From Patescibacteria group bacterium (GTDB taxonomy: Bacteria; Patescibacteriota; Microgenomatia; UBA1400; PJMF01), in NCBI GenBank assembly GCA_039934415.1, contig JBDTME010000003.1, positions 11,821 to 75,820 on the forward strand: DNA of 64,000 bases, given 5' to 3'. The notes beneath the pieces were generated by a model that ran no database searches, had not been told where the DNA came from, and saw only the letters and a program-made list of their open reading frames with translations. Position 1 is the stretch's first letter; every line of letters starts with the position of its first letter. Below, one piece after another: positions 10,401-18,798 of this stretch. The position numbers and the translations under genes are program-made.

Positions 10401-13400
10401 GTCGATGAAGTTTTCCGTTGATAGAGCACCGGTGATATTTGCATCAAGGAATCCACCGCGAGTTTCAGCTGAGTCCCATTGAATAGTTGGAGCTGAGCCG
10501 GAGGTATTGTTTTCATTGATATCAATCAAAGCTGTTGTTCTGATACCAGCGGTTGGACTGAGATCGATGGCTTCATTGCCAACTGCCGAAACGATGGCGA
10601 TGCCGGTATCAAAGCCGGAACCAATATTGATACCAGTCTCAGTGCCTCCAGTACCAGTGAGGGTGAGGTTGATACCATTTAAAATATCACCAGCACTTGT
10701 TCCACCAGAGGTTAGAGCAATATTTAAACCATTATTTGTGATACTAGCACCGTCGCCGGTAACAAAAGTTAGACCGATTCCACTTGCATTAGCGGTAGTT
10801 GTGCCTAAGCCAGCGTTACTAATTGCTACCATGTCACCAGTTGGAGCCGAGGTCACTTGAGACACCTGGAAGTTAGTACCGGCGATTGGCCTAATCACTA
10901 AACTTCCATCTGTAGCATTAAGTGTGATTAATGCATTACTGCCATCCGCGTCATTATCATAAGCGTTTTGAAGTGTGGTAGTAGTAGAACCTATCCAGCC
11001 ACAGTTCACTGAAGCAGCGGTACAGAGCAATCGGCTTCCCCAGTACAAGTCACCCGTTGGTTGACCTGCACCTGCTCCAAAGCTCAGTGTGTTGTTGGCA
11101 CTGGCATCATTATTGAGTCCAATACTATTGCCGTAAGCAGAGATAGTGTTGGTCAATACCAGGTCACCGGTTGTACCACCGTCAGTGAAAGTGGCGATGT
11201 CATTGCCCGAGGTGTCTTCGATTGTCCAGACGCTTGAAGAAGAGGAGAATTGTCGAATGCCATTGCCCAGAATAAAGTTATCACCTACATTGATTGCATT
11301 TACGATTTCAGCGTCAGAAACATCGAGTGCATCAGTGATGACGCCTGATGCATTTACTGCCCGGATTAAGAGTCCATCCGCAGTGGTGACTGCGCCAGTT
11401 GAGTCAAGTTGTGCCAAGACTCCAGTTGATGAGGACGTGAGTAAAATACCTTGTCCGGTGCCCGCATTGGTGATATCAATCACTGATCCAGAGGCGTTTG
11501 CATAATTTTGAGCGGCCGATATTATATTGGAAGTGTCAGTACACGTCCCTGATGTTTGGGTACACGTCGAAGTGAAAGAAGCGAGATCGCCACTAATTGT
11601 ATACGTTGTGCCACCGTTGACTGTATTTGATCGATTTAAATCGAGATAATTACCAGTATCGTCTATTGAACCACTTGTTAAAGTGCGGCCCGGGTTGACT
11701 TTAATATAGTCCCCAGTGAAGGCACTAATCGCCCCAGAAGTGTTGCCGGTCATGCTGATACCGATGCCTGAGGTAGCTGAAGAAATACTAGAGAAACCAA
11801 GCCAAGTGTTGGCAGCTGTTTGTGACAAGTCTAGAACAGAAGAGGTTGAACCTGTGTCGCTATTTGAAAAAGAGACGAGGGAACTAGCACTATTATTAGA
11901 GCCGTTACTCGCTTGAGTGACAGAGAGAGCTGAGGTTGTGCGGGCACCTTGGGCGAGATCAGAGGTAACGCTGACTGTTCCCAGACCATTGAGTGGGAGG
12001 AAGTTGATGTCTCCAGTGGTTGCTCCGCCAACTGTCAATTTCTGGTTGGCAGTGGTTTGCAGTGATCCGGCGGCAGTCAGGTAAGCACCTCCGGCATCAC
12101 CTGCAGATAGTGAAGCGGTCGGAGTGCCCGAGTTCACGTTGAGGACTGCAAATTTGGCAGAGGTTGTGGCCGTGTTTCCAATTAAGAGATCGAGTGTATC
12201 GTTAACTGGTGAGATAGCTCCGTTGGCAATTCTCCAGTAGTTGGCACTGGCACAAGCACTAAAGGTAGGCGCGCCACCAGCATTGGACTTCAGACATTCT
12301 CCGGCGCTCCCTTGTCCAGTTTGAGCGACGACTCCAGAACCATTGGTATATAGCAGTCCACCGTCGGTCGTAAAAGTTGAGAGTGTTAGAGAAGAGTCAA
12401 AGCGAACTGCGCCGTCAACTTCGAACTCATCTTGAACGTAGAGATCATTATCACCGTCAGCCGTATTATTGGTAGCTGTTGAGCTCGCGAAAAAGTTAAA
12501 CGCCGCGGCTGCTGCGCCACCGACATTCAAGGTATTGCCATCGGCAAAGATGACATTATTACCAGCAGCGCTGATCGTGAGGTCGCCGGTCGTCGTAATA
12601 TCACCACCGTTGACTGCAAGATCGCCAGCCGTTGTGATATTGCCAGAGGCTTGAGCAACGGAGAAGTTGGCACCACCCACTGTCAGATTGGCTCCGGTGA
12701 CATCTAACCCGTTTGTTGCATCGACATTTCCGTCGAATTGAGCTTGGCCATCCACTTCAAATGTACCCTCTATATACCCATCTTCACCGTTTTGAGTTAA
12801 GCCTGGAGTGCCATTGCCGACTTTGAGATTTCCATCAAGTATGTTGAAAAGGGTTGCTGCCCCTAGATCTGCGGTGATAGCACCTGCTCCATTGAGTGGA
12901 AGGAGCGTAATGTCACCAGTGGTTGCACCACCAATAGTTAAGGCTTGATTGTCAGTTGTTTGTAATGTGCCTGTGGCATTAAGGTACGCACCCCCGGCAG
13001 TTCCAGCTGACAAAGAAGCAGTCGGGTTTCCAGAGTTAACATTAATAATGGCAAATTTGGCAGAGGTTGTGGCCGTGTTTCCAATCAAGAGATCAAGTGT
13101 ATCGTTGACAGGTGAGATGGCGCCGTTGGCAATTCTCCAGAAGTTTGAACCCGCTGCACTACAACTCGTCCAGGTTGGGGCGCCACCAGCATTGGAAACT
13201 AAACACTCTCCTGATGAACCTGCTGTTGTTTGTGCGACCACGCCAGAGCCATTGGTGTACAACAGTCCGCCATTCGTCGTAAAGGTCGAGAGTGTAAGGG
13301 ATGAATCAAAACGAACCGCGCCATCTACTTCCAAAACATCTTGAATATAGAGATCGTTATCACTTGCAGCCGTAGAGTTGCCGGCCGTAGAGTCAGCGAA

Positions 13401-16400
13401 AAAGTTAAACGCCGCGGCTGCCGCGCCACCCACATTCAAGGTATTACCATCGGCAAAGATGACATTGTTTCCTGCCGCATTGATCGTGAGGTCGCCAGTT
13501 GTCGTGATATCTCCACCATTGACTGCCAAATCGCCAGCCGTTGTGATATTGCCCGAGGCTTGGGCAACGGAGAAGTTAGCACCGCCTACTGTCAGATTCG
13601 CACCCGTTACATCGAGCCCATTGGTTGCATCGACATTACCGTCAAACTGAGCTTGGCCATCAACCTCAAAGGTTCCTTCAATGTAAGCATCTTCACCATC
13701 TTGAGTTAAGTTTGGTGTGCCATTTCCAACTTTGAGATTTCCGTCAAGGATTGTGAATAGACTGGTTGTGCCTAAGTCAGCTGTAATGTTGCCAGCGCCG
13801 TTCAAAGGCAAGAAGGAAATATCACCTGTCGTTGTTCCACCTAGAGTCAGGGTTTGATCTGCGGTGGTTTGTAAAACACCGGTGGCGGTTAAATATGCAC
13901 CACCAGCGGCTCCGGCAGAGAGGGAAGCTGTGGGTGTGCCAGAGTCTACATTTATAATAGCGAATTTGGCTGAAGCAGTAGAAGTACCACCGATGAGGAG
14001 ATCAAGTGTTTCATTGACAGGGTAGTGAGCACCATTCGCAATGGTCCATGTGCCTGCATTGCCACCTGAGCCACATGTTCCCCAGGTCGGAGCGCCAGTG
14101 CCGCCAGATTTTAGACAATCACCACCTGAGCCTGCAGTCGAAGTAAGTAGTTGTCCAGAACCGTTGGTGTAAACGATGCCACCGGCAGTATTGAGCGTTG
14201 AAAAAGTGACCGTGCCATCAAAACGAGCCGCACCGTCAACTTCCAAAACATCTTGAATATAGAGATCGTTGTCAGTGGCAGCGGTAGAATTACCGGCCGT
14301 AGAATCCGCAAAAAAGTTGAAAGTAGTACCAGCCGCGCCACCTACTCCCAACGTATTTCCGTCAGCCAGTAAGACGTTATTACCTGAAGCATTAATTGTG
14401 AGATCACCAGCTGTTGTGATGTCTCCACCATTCACTGCCAGGTCGCCAGCCGTTGTGATGTTGCCAGAAGCAGGAGCAACGGAGAAGTTACCACCGCCCA
14501 CTGTCAGATTGGAGCCGGTGACATCAAGGCCGTTGGTGGCATCAACATTGCCATCAAATTGAGCTTGGCCATCAACCTCAAAGGTGCCTTCAATGTATGC
14601 GTCTTCACCATCCAAGGTTAATCCGGGAGTGCCGTTTCCGATTTTTAAATTACCATCTAAAACATTAAACAAACTGGTTGTGCCTAAGTCAGCTGTAATG
14701 TTGCCCGCGCCGTTCAAAGGCAAGAAAGAAATGTCTCCCGTTGTCGTTCCGCCTAATGTTAGAGTTTGGTCGGCGGTGGTTTGTAAAATACCGGTAGCGG
14801 TTAAATACGCACCACCAGCGGCTCCAGCAGAGAGAGAAGCGGTGGGTGTGCCAGAGTCGACATTAATGATGGCAAACTTTGCCGAAGCCGTAGAAGTGCC
14901 ACCGATCAGAAGATCGAGCGTTTCATTGATTGGGTAGTGTGCGCCATTGGCAATAGTCCACGTGCCAGCACTTCCACCACCTCCTGCACACGCACCCCAG
15001 GTCGGAGCACCGGTGCCACCCGATTTGAGACAGTCGCCACCAGAGCCAGAAGCTGAGGTCAAAAGTTGTCCAGAACCATTGGTGTAGACAATGCCACCGG
15101 CTGTATTGAGTGCAGAAACCGTGACGGTGCCATCAAAGCGAGCCGCGCCATCTACTTCTAAAACATCTTGAATATAGAGATCATTGTCAGTGGCAGCAGT
15201 TGAATTACCGGCTGTGGAATCCGCAAAGAAGTTATATGCCTGAGCGCCAGCCCCTCCAATATTGAGCACGGTATTATTGGAAAAGATGACGTTACCACCA
15301 GCAGGGTTAATCGTAAGATCACCTGTGGAAGTGATATCTCCGCCATTGACTGCCAAATCGCCGGCAGTGGTAATGTCACCAGCATTGTTGACAGTTAATA
15401 CTTGTCCGCCAGTTCCATTGATGACGAGTGGGGTACTACCAGCATAGGTTGCACTGATCGTTGCTCCGTGAGTGAAGATGTATCCATCGTTAATCACATT
15501 CCCATTGAGATTTATTGTGCCAGTCCCATCAGGGTCTATGATAATGTTTCCATTGCTGCCAGAGTTGGTGACTAAGTTCAAAGTAGCCCCAGAAATAGTG
15601 AAAGTGCCACCGACCGATCGTAGTTGTGGTGATTGCTCACCGAGTAACACTTCACCCCATTGATTCATTACCACCACAGTACTCTTCGATGCTCCAGCTG
15701 TTGCGTTGACAGGGAACCCTTGTAGGGTTTCCGCATTTAAGGCATATGGAACGGTTGCGATGCGCTGGCGAGGAGTCAGTACGTCTGAGACGACCGTAAT
15801 TTCTAGCCAGACTTGGCTATTCTCAGTAAACACCGTGGCATCAATCGCACTGCCACAAGTACTGCCCAAGATCGTCGAGAAGATCCCATCTTGATCTGGG
15901 TCAATACTACAAGTTCCCGAATTCCAGAGCAGGTTTCCTGCCGAAGAAGCATCCCAGAGTTTAAACGTGGTGTTCGTCGCTGTCGTAATAGGTGTCCCTG
16001 CAACATCGGTCAACCTCGCTTGAAAAGATAGGATTCTGTCGGCGGTGACTGGTGCTGCTGGAAAGGCAAATTTCTCTGGAACATTCACGAAGAATTGCCG
16101 ATACCACAAGATTGAAATGAATATAAAGAAAATGACGAGCGTCGCCAAATGAAAATATGGGCCGAGAATCCAGTCTTGGTACTTTTTGCGGTCAGCAGTT
16201 TTTTCGTCTGTGGTCTCTTTTGCACTCAGCTCATCTTGATTTTGAGATGGGGGGCGTTGAGTAAAAAATGCAGGCAGCTCTTGAATTGAGGTGGTTGATG
16301 CAGAAGGAGTAGGTGTCAGAGTAGGTGTGGGTGGGGTGACCACCTGAGGAGTCTCCGTGTGTTGTGACTCCGTGCTTAAGTAGTTTTTTTCAACCCAATT

Positions 16401-16754
16401 TGAAAATAATTTCAGACTCACAATTTTTCGTTGAATACTCGAACTTTTTAATCCTTTTTCTTGCTGATCAGCAAAGAAGCCTTTGAAGTTCTGTTCGCTC
16501 AAGACCGTCTGAATATTGTCGTCATTTGAAAAATCGAGGAATTGGAGAATGTCGCTGGAGTAGTTTCTCAGTGTTGATTTACTAACCGAAAGGGAACTCA
16601 GTTCTTTCAAAAACAGCTCCACGCAATGTTTGGCGGAAAGTGGTTGAGGTGAAGGCGCGTATTCTTGGTTTTCCACAACACCAGAAACACCCTCATCTTT
16701 TCGCTTGAATAGGCCTATGAAATTGCTGGAAAACTGTTTAATTTGGGCGAACAT
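7500..16754 (-). CDS. Giant (3084 aa) type-II-anchored surface protein with an N-terminal cytoplasmic XerD-N/SAM-like domain, a PT linker, one TM helix and a large Gly/Thr/Asn-rich beta-solenoid-like ectodomain containing four ~303-aa tandem repeats
   Basis: A single uninterrupted 9255-nt ORF. TM helix at aa 199-218 (YFHLATLVIFFIFISILWY) with positive residues before it. Repeat units share NITTAGDLAVNGGDIT...FNFFADSTAGNSTAATDNDLYIQDVLEVDGAARFDG...GGDCLKSGGTGAPTWG.C. The C-terminal region has coiled-coil / tail-fibre-like low-complexity segments. Confidence 0.85.
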   Translation of the reverse strand: MFAQIKQFSSNFIGLFKRKDEGVSGVVENQEYAPSPQPLSAKHCVELFLKELSSLSVSKSTLRNYSSDILQFLDFSNDDNIQTVLSEQNFKGFFADQQEKGLKSSSIQRKIVSLKLFSNWVEKNYLSTESQHTETPQVVTPPTPTLTPTPSASTTSIQELPAFFTQRPPSQNQDELSAKETTDEKTADRKKYQDWILGPYFHLATLVIFFIFISILWYRQFFVNVPEKFAFPAAPVTADRILSFQARLTDVAGTPITTATNTTFKLWDASSAGNLLWNSGTCSIDPDQDGIFSTILGSTCGSAIDATVFTENSQVWLEITVVSDVLTPRQRIATVPYALNAETLQGFPVNATAGASKSTVVVMNQWGEVLLGEQSPQLRSVGGTFTISGATLNLVTNSGSNGNIIIDPDGTGTINLNGNVINDGYIFTHGATISATYAGSTPLVINGTGGQVLTVNNAGDITTAGDLAVNGGDITSTGDLTINPAGGNVIFSNNTVLNIGGAGAQAYNFFADSTAGNSTAATDNDLYIQDVLEVDGAARFDGTVTVSALNTAGGIVYTNGSGQLLTSASGSGGDCLKSGGTGAPTWGACAGGGGSAGTWTIANGAHYPINETLDLLIGGTSTASAKFAIINVDSGTPTASLSAGAAGGAYLTATGILQTTADQTLTLGGTTTGDISFLPLNGAGNITADLGTTSLFNVLDGNLKIGNGTPGLTLDGEDAYIEGTFEVDGQAQFDGNVDATNGLDVTGSNLTVGGGNFSVAPASGNITTAGDLAVNGGDITTAGDLTINASGNNVLLADGNTLGVGGAAGTTFNFFADSTAGNSTAATDNDLYIQDVLEVDGAARFDGTVTFSTLNTAGGIVYTNGSGQLLTSTAGSGGDCLKSGGTGAPTWGTCGSGGNAGTWTIANGAHYPVNETLDLLIGGTSTASAKFAIINVDSGTPTASLSAGAAGGAYLTATGVLQTTADQTLTLGGTTTGDISFLPLNGAGNITADLGTTSLFTILDGNLKVGNGTPNLTQDGEDAYIEGTFEVDGQAQFDGNVDATNGLDVTGANLTVGGANFSVAQASGNITTAGDLAVNGGDITTTGDLTINAAGNNVIFADGNTLNVGGAAAAAFNFFADSTAGNSTAASDNDLYIQDVLEVDGAVRFDSSLTLSTFTTNGGLLYTNGSGVVAQTTAGSSGECLVSNAGGAPTWTSCSAAGSNFWRIANGAISPVNDTLDLLIGNTATTSAKFAIINVNSGNPTASLSAGTAGGAYLNATGTLQTTDNQALTIGGATTGDITLLPLNGAGAITADLGAATLFNILDGNLKVGNGTPGLTQNGEDGYIEGTFEVDGQAQFDGNVDATNGLDVTGANLTVGGANFSVAQASGNITTAGDLAVNGGDITTTGDLTISAAGNNVIFADGNTLNVGGAAAAAFNFFASSTATNNTADGDNDLYVQDEFEVDGAVRFDSSLTLSTFTTDGGLLYTNGSGVVAQTGQGSAGECLKSNAGGAPTFSACASANYWRIANGAISPVNDTLDLLIGNTATTSAKFAVLNVNSGTPTASLSAGDAGGAYLTAAGSLQTTANQKLTVGGATTGDINFLPLNGLGTVSVTSDLAQGARTTSALSVTQASNGSNNSASSLVSFSNSDTGSTSSVLDLSQTAANTWLGFSSISSATSGIGISMTGNTSGAISAFTGDYIKVNPGRTLTSGSIDDTGNYLDLNRSNTVNGGTTYTISGDLASFTSTCTQTSGTCTDTSNIISAAQNYANASGSVIDITNAGTGQGILLTSSSTGVLAQLDSTGAVTTADGLLIRAVNASGVITDALDVSDAEIVNAINVGDNFILGNGIRQFSSSSSVWTIEDTSGNDIATFTDGGTTGDLVLTNTISAYGNSIGLNNDASANNTLSFGAGAGQPTGDLYWGSRLLCTAASVNCGWIGSTTTTLQNAYDNDADGSNALITLNATDGSLVIRPIAGTNFQVSQVTSAPTGDMVAISNAGLGTTTANASGIGLTFVTGDGASITNNGLNIALTSGGTSAGDILNGINLTLTGTGGTETGINIGSGFDTGIAIVSAVGNEAIDLSPTAGIRTTALIDINENNTSGSAPTIQWDSAETRGGFLDANITGALSTENFIDLTTSGAFTSNLIDVNIGAQAATGDVINIDLGATAVNAQALVVGNSASVRTASMFEVNDNNSTGAVATFDLNGAGTRGGLFDIDWSGALATENLIDITANSIATANALNITENGLTTGRAINVSSTSTVLTTSDFANFDWSPSGSTEIFASAGSSLLTLNVGTYGNISKIFSVQDDSSEVFGVSQSLISNALPAEFTAAGDVAIAYDIQFTNQTASFIKSNGPLTIASGETFENNNLTLRTYGTGLLNVDAPGGSLFTVSGTTVASFNRNTSDGTIISLQQDGTQEGSISVSGTTVSYNAFTGSHYAWTDQSINKGEIVTLTDDNRRLGDRVESEILYGVVKSTVANDPKILGSYLALQESSQPASNKNPQLIMAAGNGEVWVVDQGENLQAGDYLISSNVEGHAMKEAGQFDKSYIFARVAEPVDWSTVTTTTAGGKKHKLISVLYESFVKDNAMGLTLSTDGSLSSNYTIQTPSQSANGRFSVIADATSQVVSRVGVFARLIVGEIQAGLITTKELIADRITIKDKLITPKVQTSLISPISGQQLSFNLGDADQNKLHITNKNNQDILTIDQQGNTDIVGTISAQQDLIASGSVQASTGRFEQLKAQQAQLASLEVGSATISGELFLSDGRSIQNIITDNDSYLASLSAQTEQITQAIQQAPQTVKSSAFDQFMSQLTGSSDASVSAAIQSIAQQQNIQLTSEDLVLAPSALFVKEYLSVAGYTQLNSASVSSNLTIGNNLLFTGDTIAVAGQTLFIQPTNTATVNILAGLLVLNPDGNVEINGDLVVNGNLAVKQQLNTNAMQLNDYSSDFTLKLATESAVLGESTQSKFSILDASNSAVASIDASGSARFKDLATQGIVIKQPVSQATDSASISQAAKNKTAGSMILPALATELTIENNNVSENGLIYLTPTSDTANQVLYLKSKETCNGPLALASCQKSFTVGIKNAVTQDINFNFWIVKVE
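11800..15450 (-). repeat. Four tandem in-frame repeats of about 910 nt (about 303 aa) inside the giant gene; copies 1-2 and copies 3-4 are nearly identical pairwise (A A' B B')
   Basis: Period measured from the recurring antisense-frame motif AKKLNAAAAAPPTFKVLPSAKMTL near 12.55, 13.46, 14.37 and 15.28 kb (spacings 909, 915, 912 nt). The nucleotide sequence at 12469 and at 13378 is about 90% identical. Confidence 0.8.
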
Positions 16755-16762
16755 TATTTTCT

Positions 16763-16927
16763 CGAGATTAGACGAATTAGATAGACGTTAGATGCCTGGA
16801 GGCCTGTTCGCTCTTGGTGCGATACAGGAAAAATTCCTCCCTTGAGAAGATTGAAAATGTTGACTGAGAAAATTTGAAGTAGGGCAAGCATTGATTTCTC
16901 GAGATTAGATGTCGTTAGATATCTGGA
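16763..16927. promoter_or_regulatory. Two direct repeats (TTTCTCGAGATTAGA-N3-6-CGTTAGAT-N2-CTGGA), 130 nt apart, immediately upstream of the giant gene and inside the divergent intergenic region
   Basis: Read directly from the sequence: 16763-16808 and 16893-16927 share tttctcgagattaga...cgttagat..ctgga. They sit between the giant gene start (16754, minus strand) and the divergent 259-aa gene (17276, plus strand). Confidence 0.3.
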
Positions 16928-17275
16928 ACTCATCAAGTGTATGGGGCGCTTGAGAACCAAGTCAAGAGAGCAATTCTCGTGCGTATATAGTATTTGGGGA
17001 GCTTTCTCCTCAGTCATTTTTGAGTCTAAAATCAGTATCAAATAAGGTCGAAAGACATCATTACTTTAAAAAAAGAAGGTCATAATGGGTAAAACTCACG
17101 AAGTGTTAATTGTTTAAATAGCGCGCATCATGTAATCTAATAATCAAACGAACTTTCTTACCAGATGGAAAGCGAAATTTATACACATACGATGTTTTTT
17201 TATACCGACTGTGAAGAGAGTTTTGCTGTCGGTGATCGTAAGTAGTGTAATGCCTATCAAAAATCGTGAAAGAAT

Positions 17276-18055
17276 ATGAAGAGAAAAACAGCAGAGCTAT
17301 TACTAAGCAGTTTTACTCCGCCTGGATTTCCTCAAGAGAAGGGACTGAGGAAATACCAGTTCTACTACGACTTATTTTCGGATATTACCGAGGGCGGCAT
17401 ACGTTCATCAATTTATCAATTGGTGGAGAAGCGATATTTAAAGAGGTTTACGTTGAATGGTCAATCTTTTTTCCGAATTACAGATGCTGGCATTGGAAAA
17501 CTGAGTCTGCTATACCCATCCTTACGGATAAAAGAACGAAAAAAAGGTGATATGCGAGGTCACTTGTTAATACTGCTCAAACCCATAGCTGATGATCCTC
17601 ATTTTTTAAAACTCCGAAAAATCCTAGCACTTCAAATGTTCTCTCAGGTGACCAGAGGGGTATATTTTTACTCATTTCCAGTTTTTCCAGCGCAACTCCA
17701 TAGCCTACTCCTGGATAAATACTCTTCTTCGGTTTCTGTGGCTGAGATAAAAGAGTTTTCACTGGCTATTCCAGATCAGACGGATTTGAGCTTTCAGAAA
17801 AAAAAACAACTCCAAGAAGCCCTGTCTAGTATTAGCAAATCAATGATGAAACTGATAGATATTGGAAGCCTGGAAAATAAATTGAATTATCAATCTAAAA
17901 TGATGATAGAGGATTTTCTAAAATTGTTGACTGAACTATTTCATTCCAGCCGGAGTGAGTTTTTTGAGGAAAAGGCCTACAGAGATCTTCTTTTTCAGGC
18001 TATCGAACACTGGAACATTTTAATCGAACTTCATTACTTTTCACAAAAACGTTAG
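17276..18055 (+). CDS. Hypothetical 259-aa protein, possibly a winged-helix regulator (PaaX-like layout is speculative)
   Basis: Clean ORF divergent from the giant operon. The N-terminal segment GGIRSSIYQLVEKRYLKRFTLNGQSFFRITDAG looks like a wHTH recognition helix plus wing. No other motif was recognised. Confidence 0.55.
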   Translation: MKRKTAELLLSSFTPPGFPQEKGLRKYQFYYDLFSDITEGGIRSSIYQLVEKRYLKRFTLNGQSFFRITDAGIGKLSLLYPSLRIKERKKGDMRGHLLILLKPIADDPHFLKLRKILALQMFSQVTRGVYFYSFPVFPAQLHSLLLDKYSSSVSVAEIKEFSLAIPDQTDLSFQKKKQLQEALSSISKSMMKLIDIGSLENKLNYQSKMMIEDFLKLLTELFHSSRSEFFEEKAYRDLLFQAIEHWNILIELHYFSQKR

Positions 18056-18798
18056 GTTTCGGGTTTGCTGTTTTGTTAATTTTTAGCTTTGCCTGTACTG
18101 TTTTTCGGTAATAATCACATGCACTGTGAAAACGTTTACTCTGTATTCTTCGGGAACTGTTCTGACTGCGTCATTTTTTGTATTTGATTAAAATTCTGAA
18201 TGATAGTTTGATCTGTTTAAAAACTATTATACTGGATTCACAAGAGGATGCAATAATAGTTATATTGGTGCGAACCGAGGAGAGCGTTATAAATGCAATA
18301 ATACAAAATCTTTATTGCCGCAAGTCTAGCAGGCAAAAATATAGCGAAGCATTAAAGCTTCATAAAATGCGTTAATAGATTTTTATCTCCTCCAGATTCA
18401 AATAACAGCCCCAGGCTAATTAGCAGCAACAGTATTATTGTGATAAGTGCAATTAATCATTAAATATCATGATGAATCAATCTAAATTAACTTTTGATTT
18501 ATTAATGAAACTGGTGCGGGATTTGGAACTGTTTTTGAGGGAAATCTTTTCTTTTTAGTGAGAGAATGAGGAAGGGAGTGACCCCAAAATGCGTACAGTA
18601 ATCATTCTGTTCCCAGAAGCTCTAGATCACTGAACTCAGTAGGACTAGCGCTGTGGCTCTATTGTTCGCAGTAAAAATGTAGTGACAGCAGATGAAGAAT
18701 AGTGAAGTTGCGCAATCATAATGCCTAAACACGGAACTTAATCAGAGGAGTAATGTTCAGCAGTGATGACAACGAGCTACTGCTTAAAGTCTTGCTTC

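Noticed and set aside
12469-14562. Plus-strand ORFs (12469-12654, 12949-13344, 13341-13709, 13378-13650, 14269-14562 and others) with repeated Ala/Pro/Val-rich translations
   Set aside because: They are antisense-frame shadows of the tandem repeats inside the giant minus-strand gene. Their periodicity simply mirrors the 910-nt repeat.
11800-15450. Possible CRISPR array suggested by regular repetition
   Set aside because: The units are about 910 nt, in-frame coding and lack short spacers. This is a coding tandem repeat, not a CRISPR array.
16754-17041. 95-aa minus-strand ORF in the giant-gene upstream region
   Set aside because: It overlaps the direct-repeat regulatory region and abuts the giant-gene start. 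It has no Shine-Dalgarno sequence and an odd composition, so it is more likely untranslated leader or promoter DNA.
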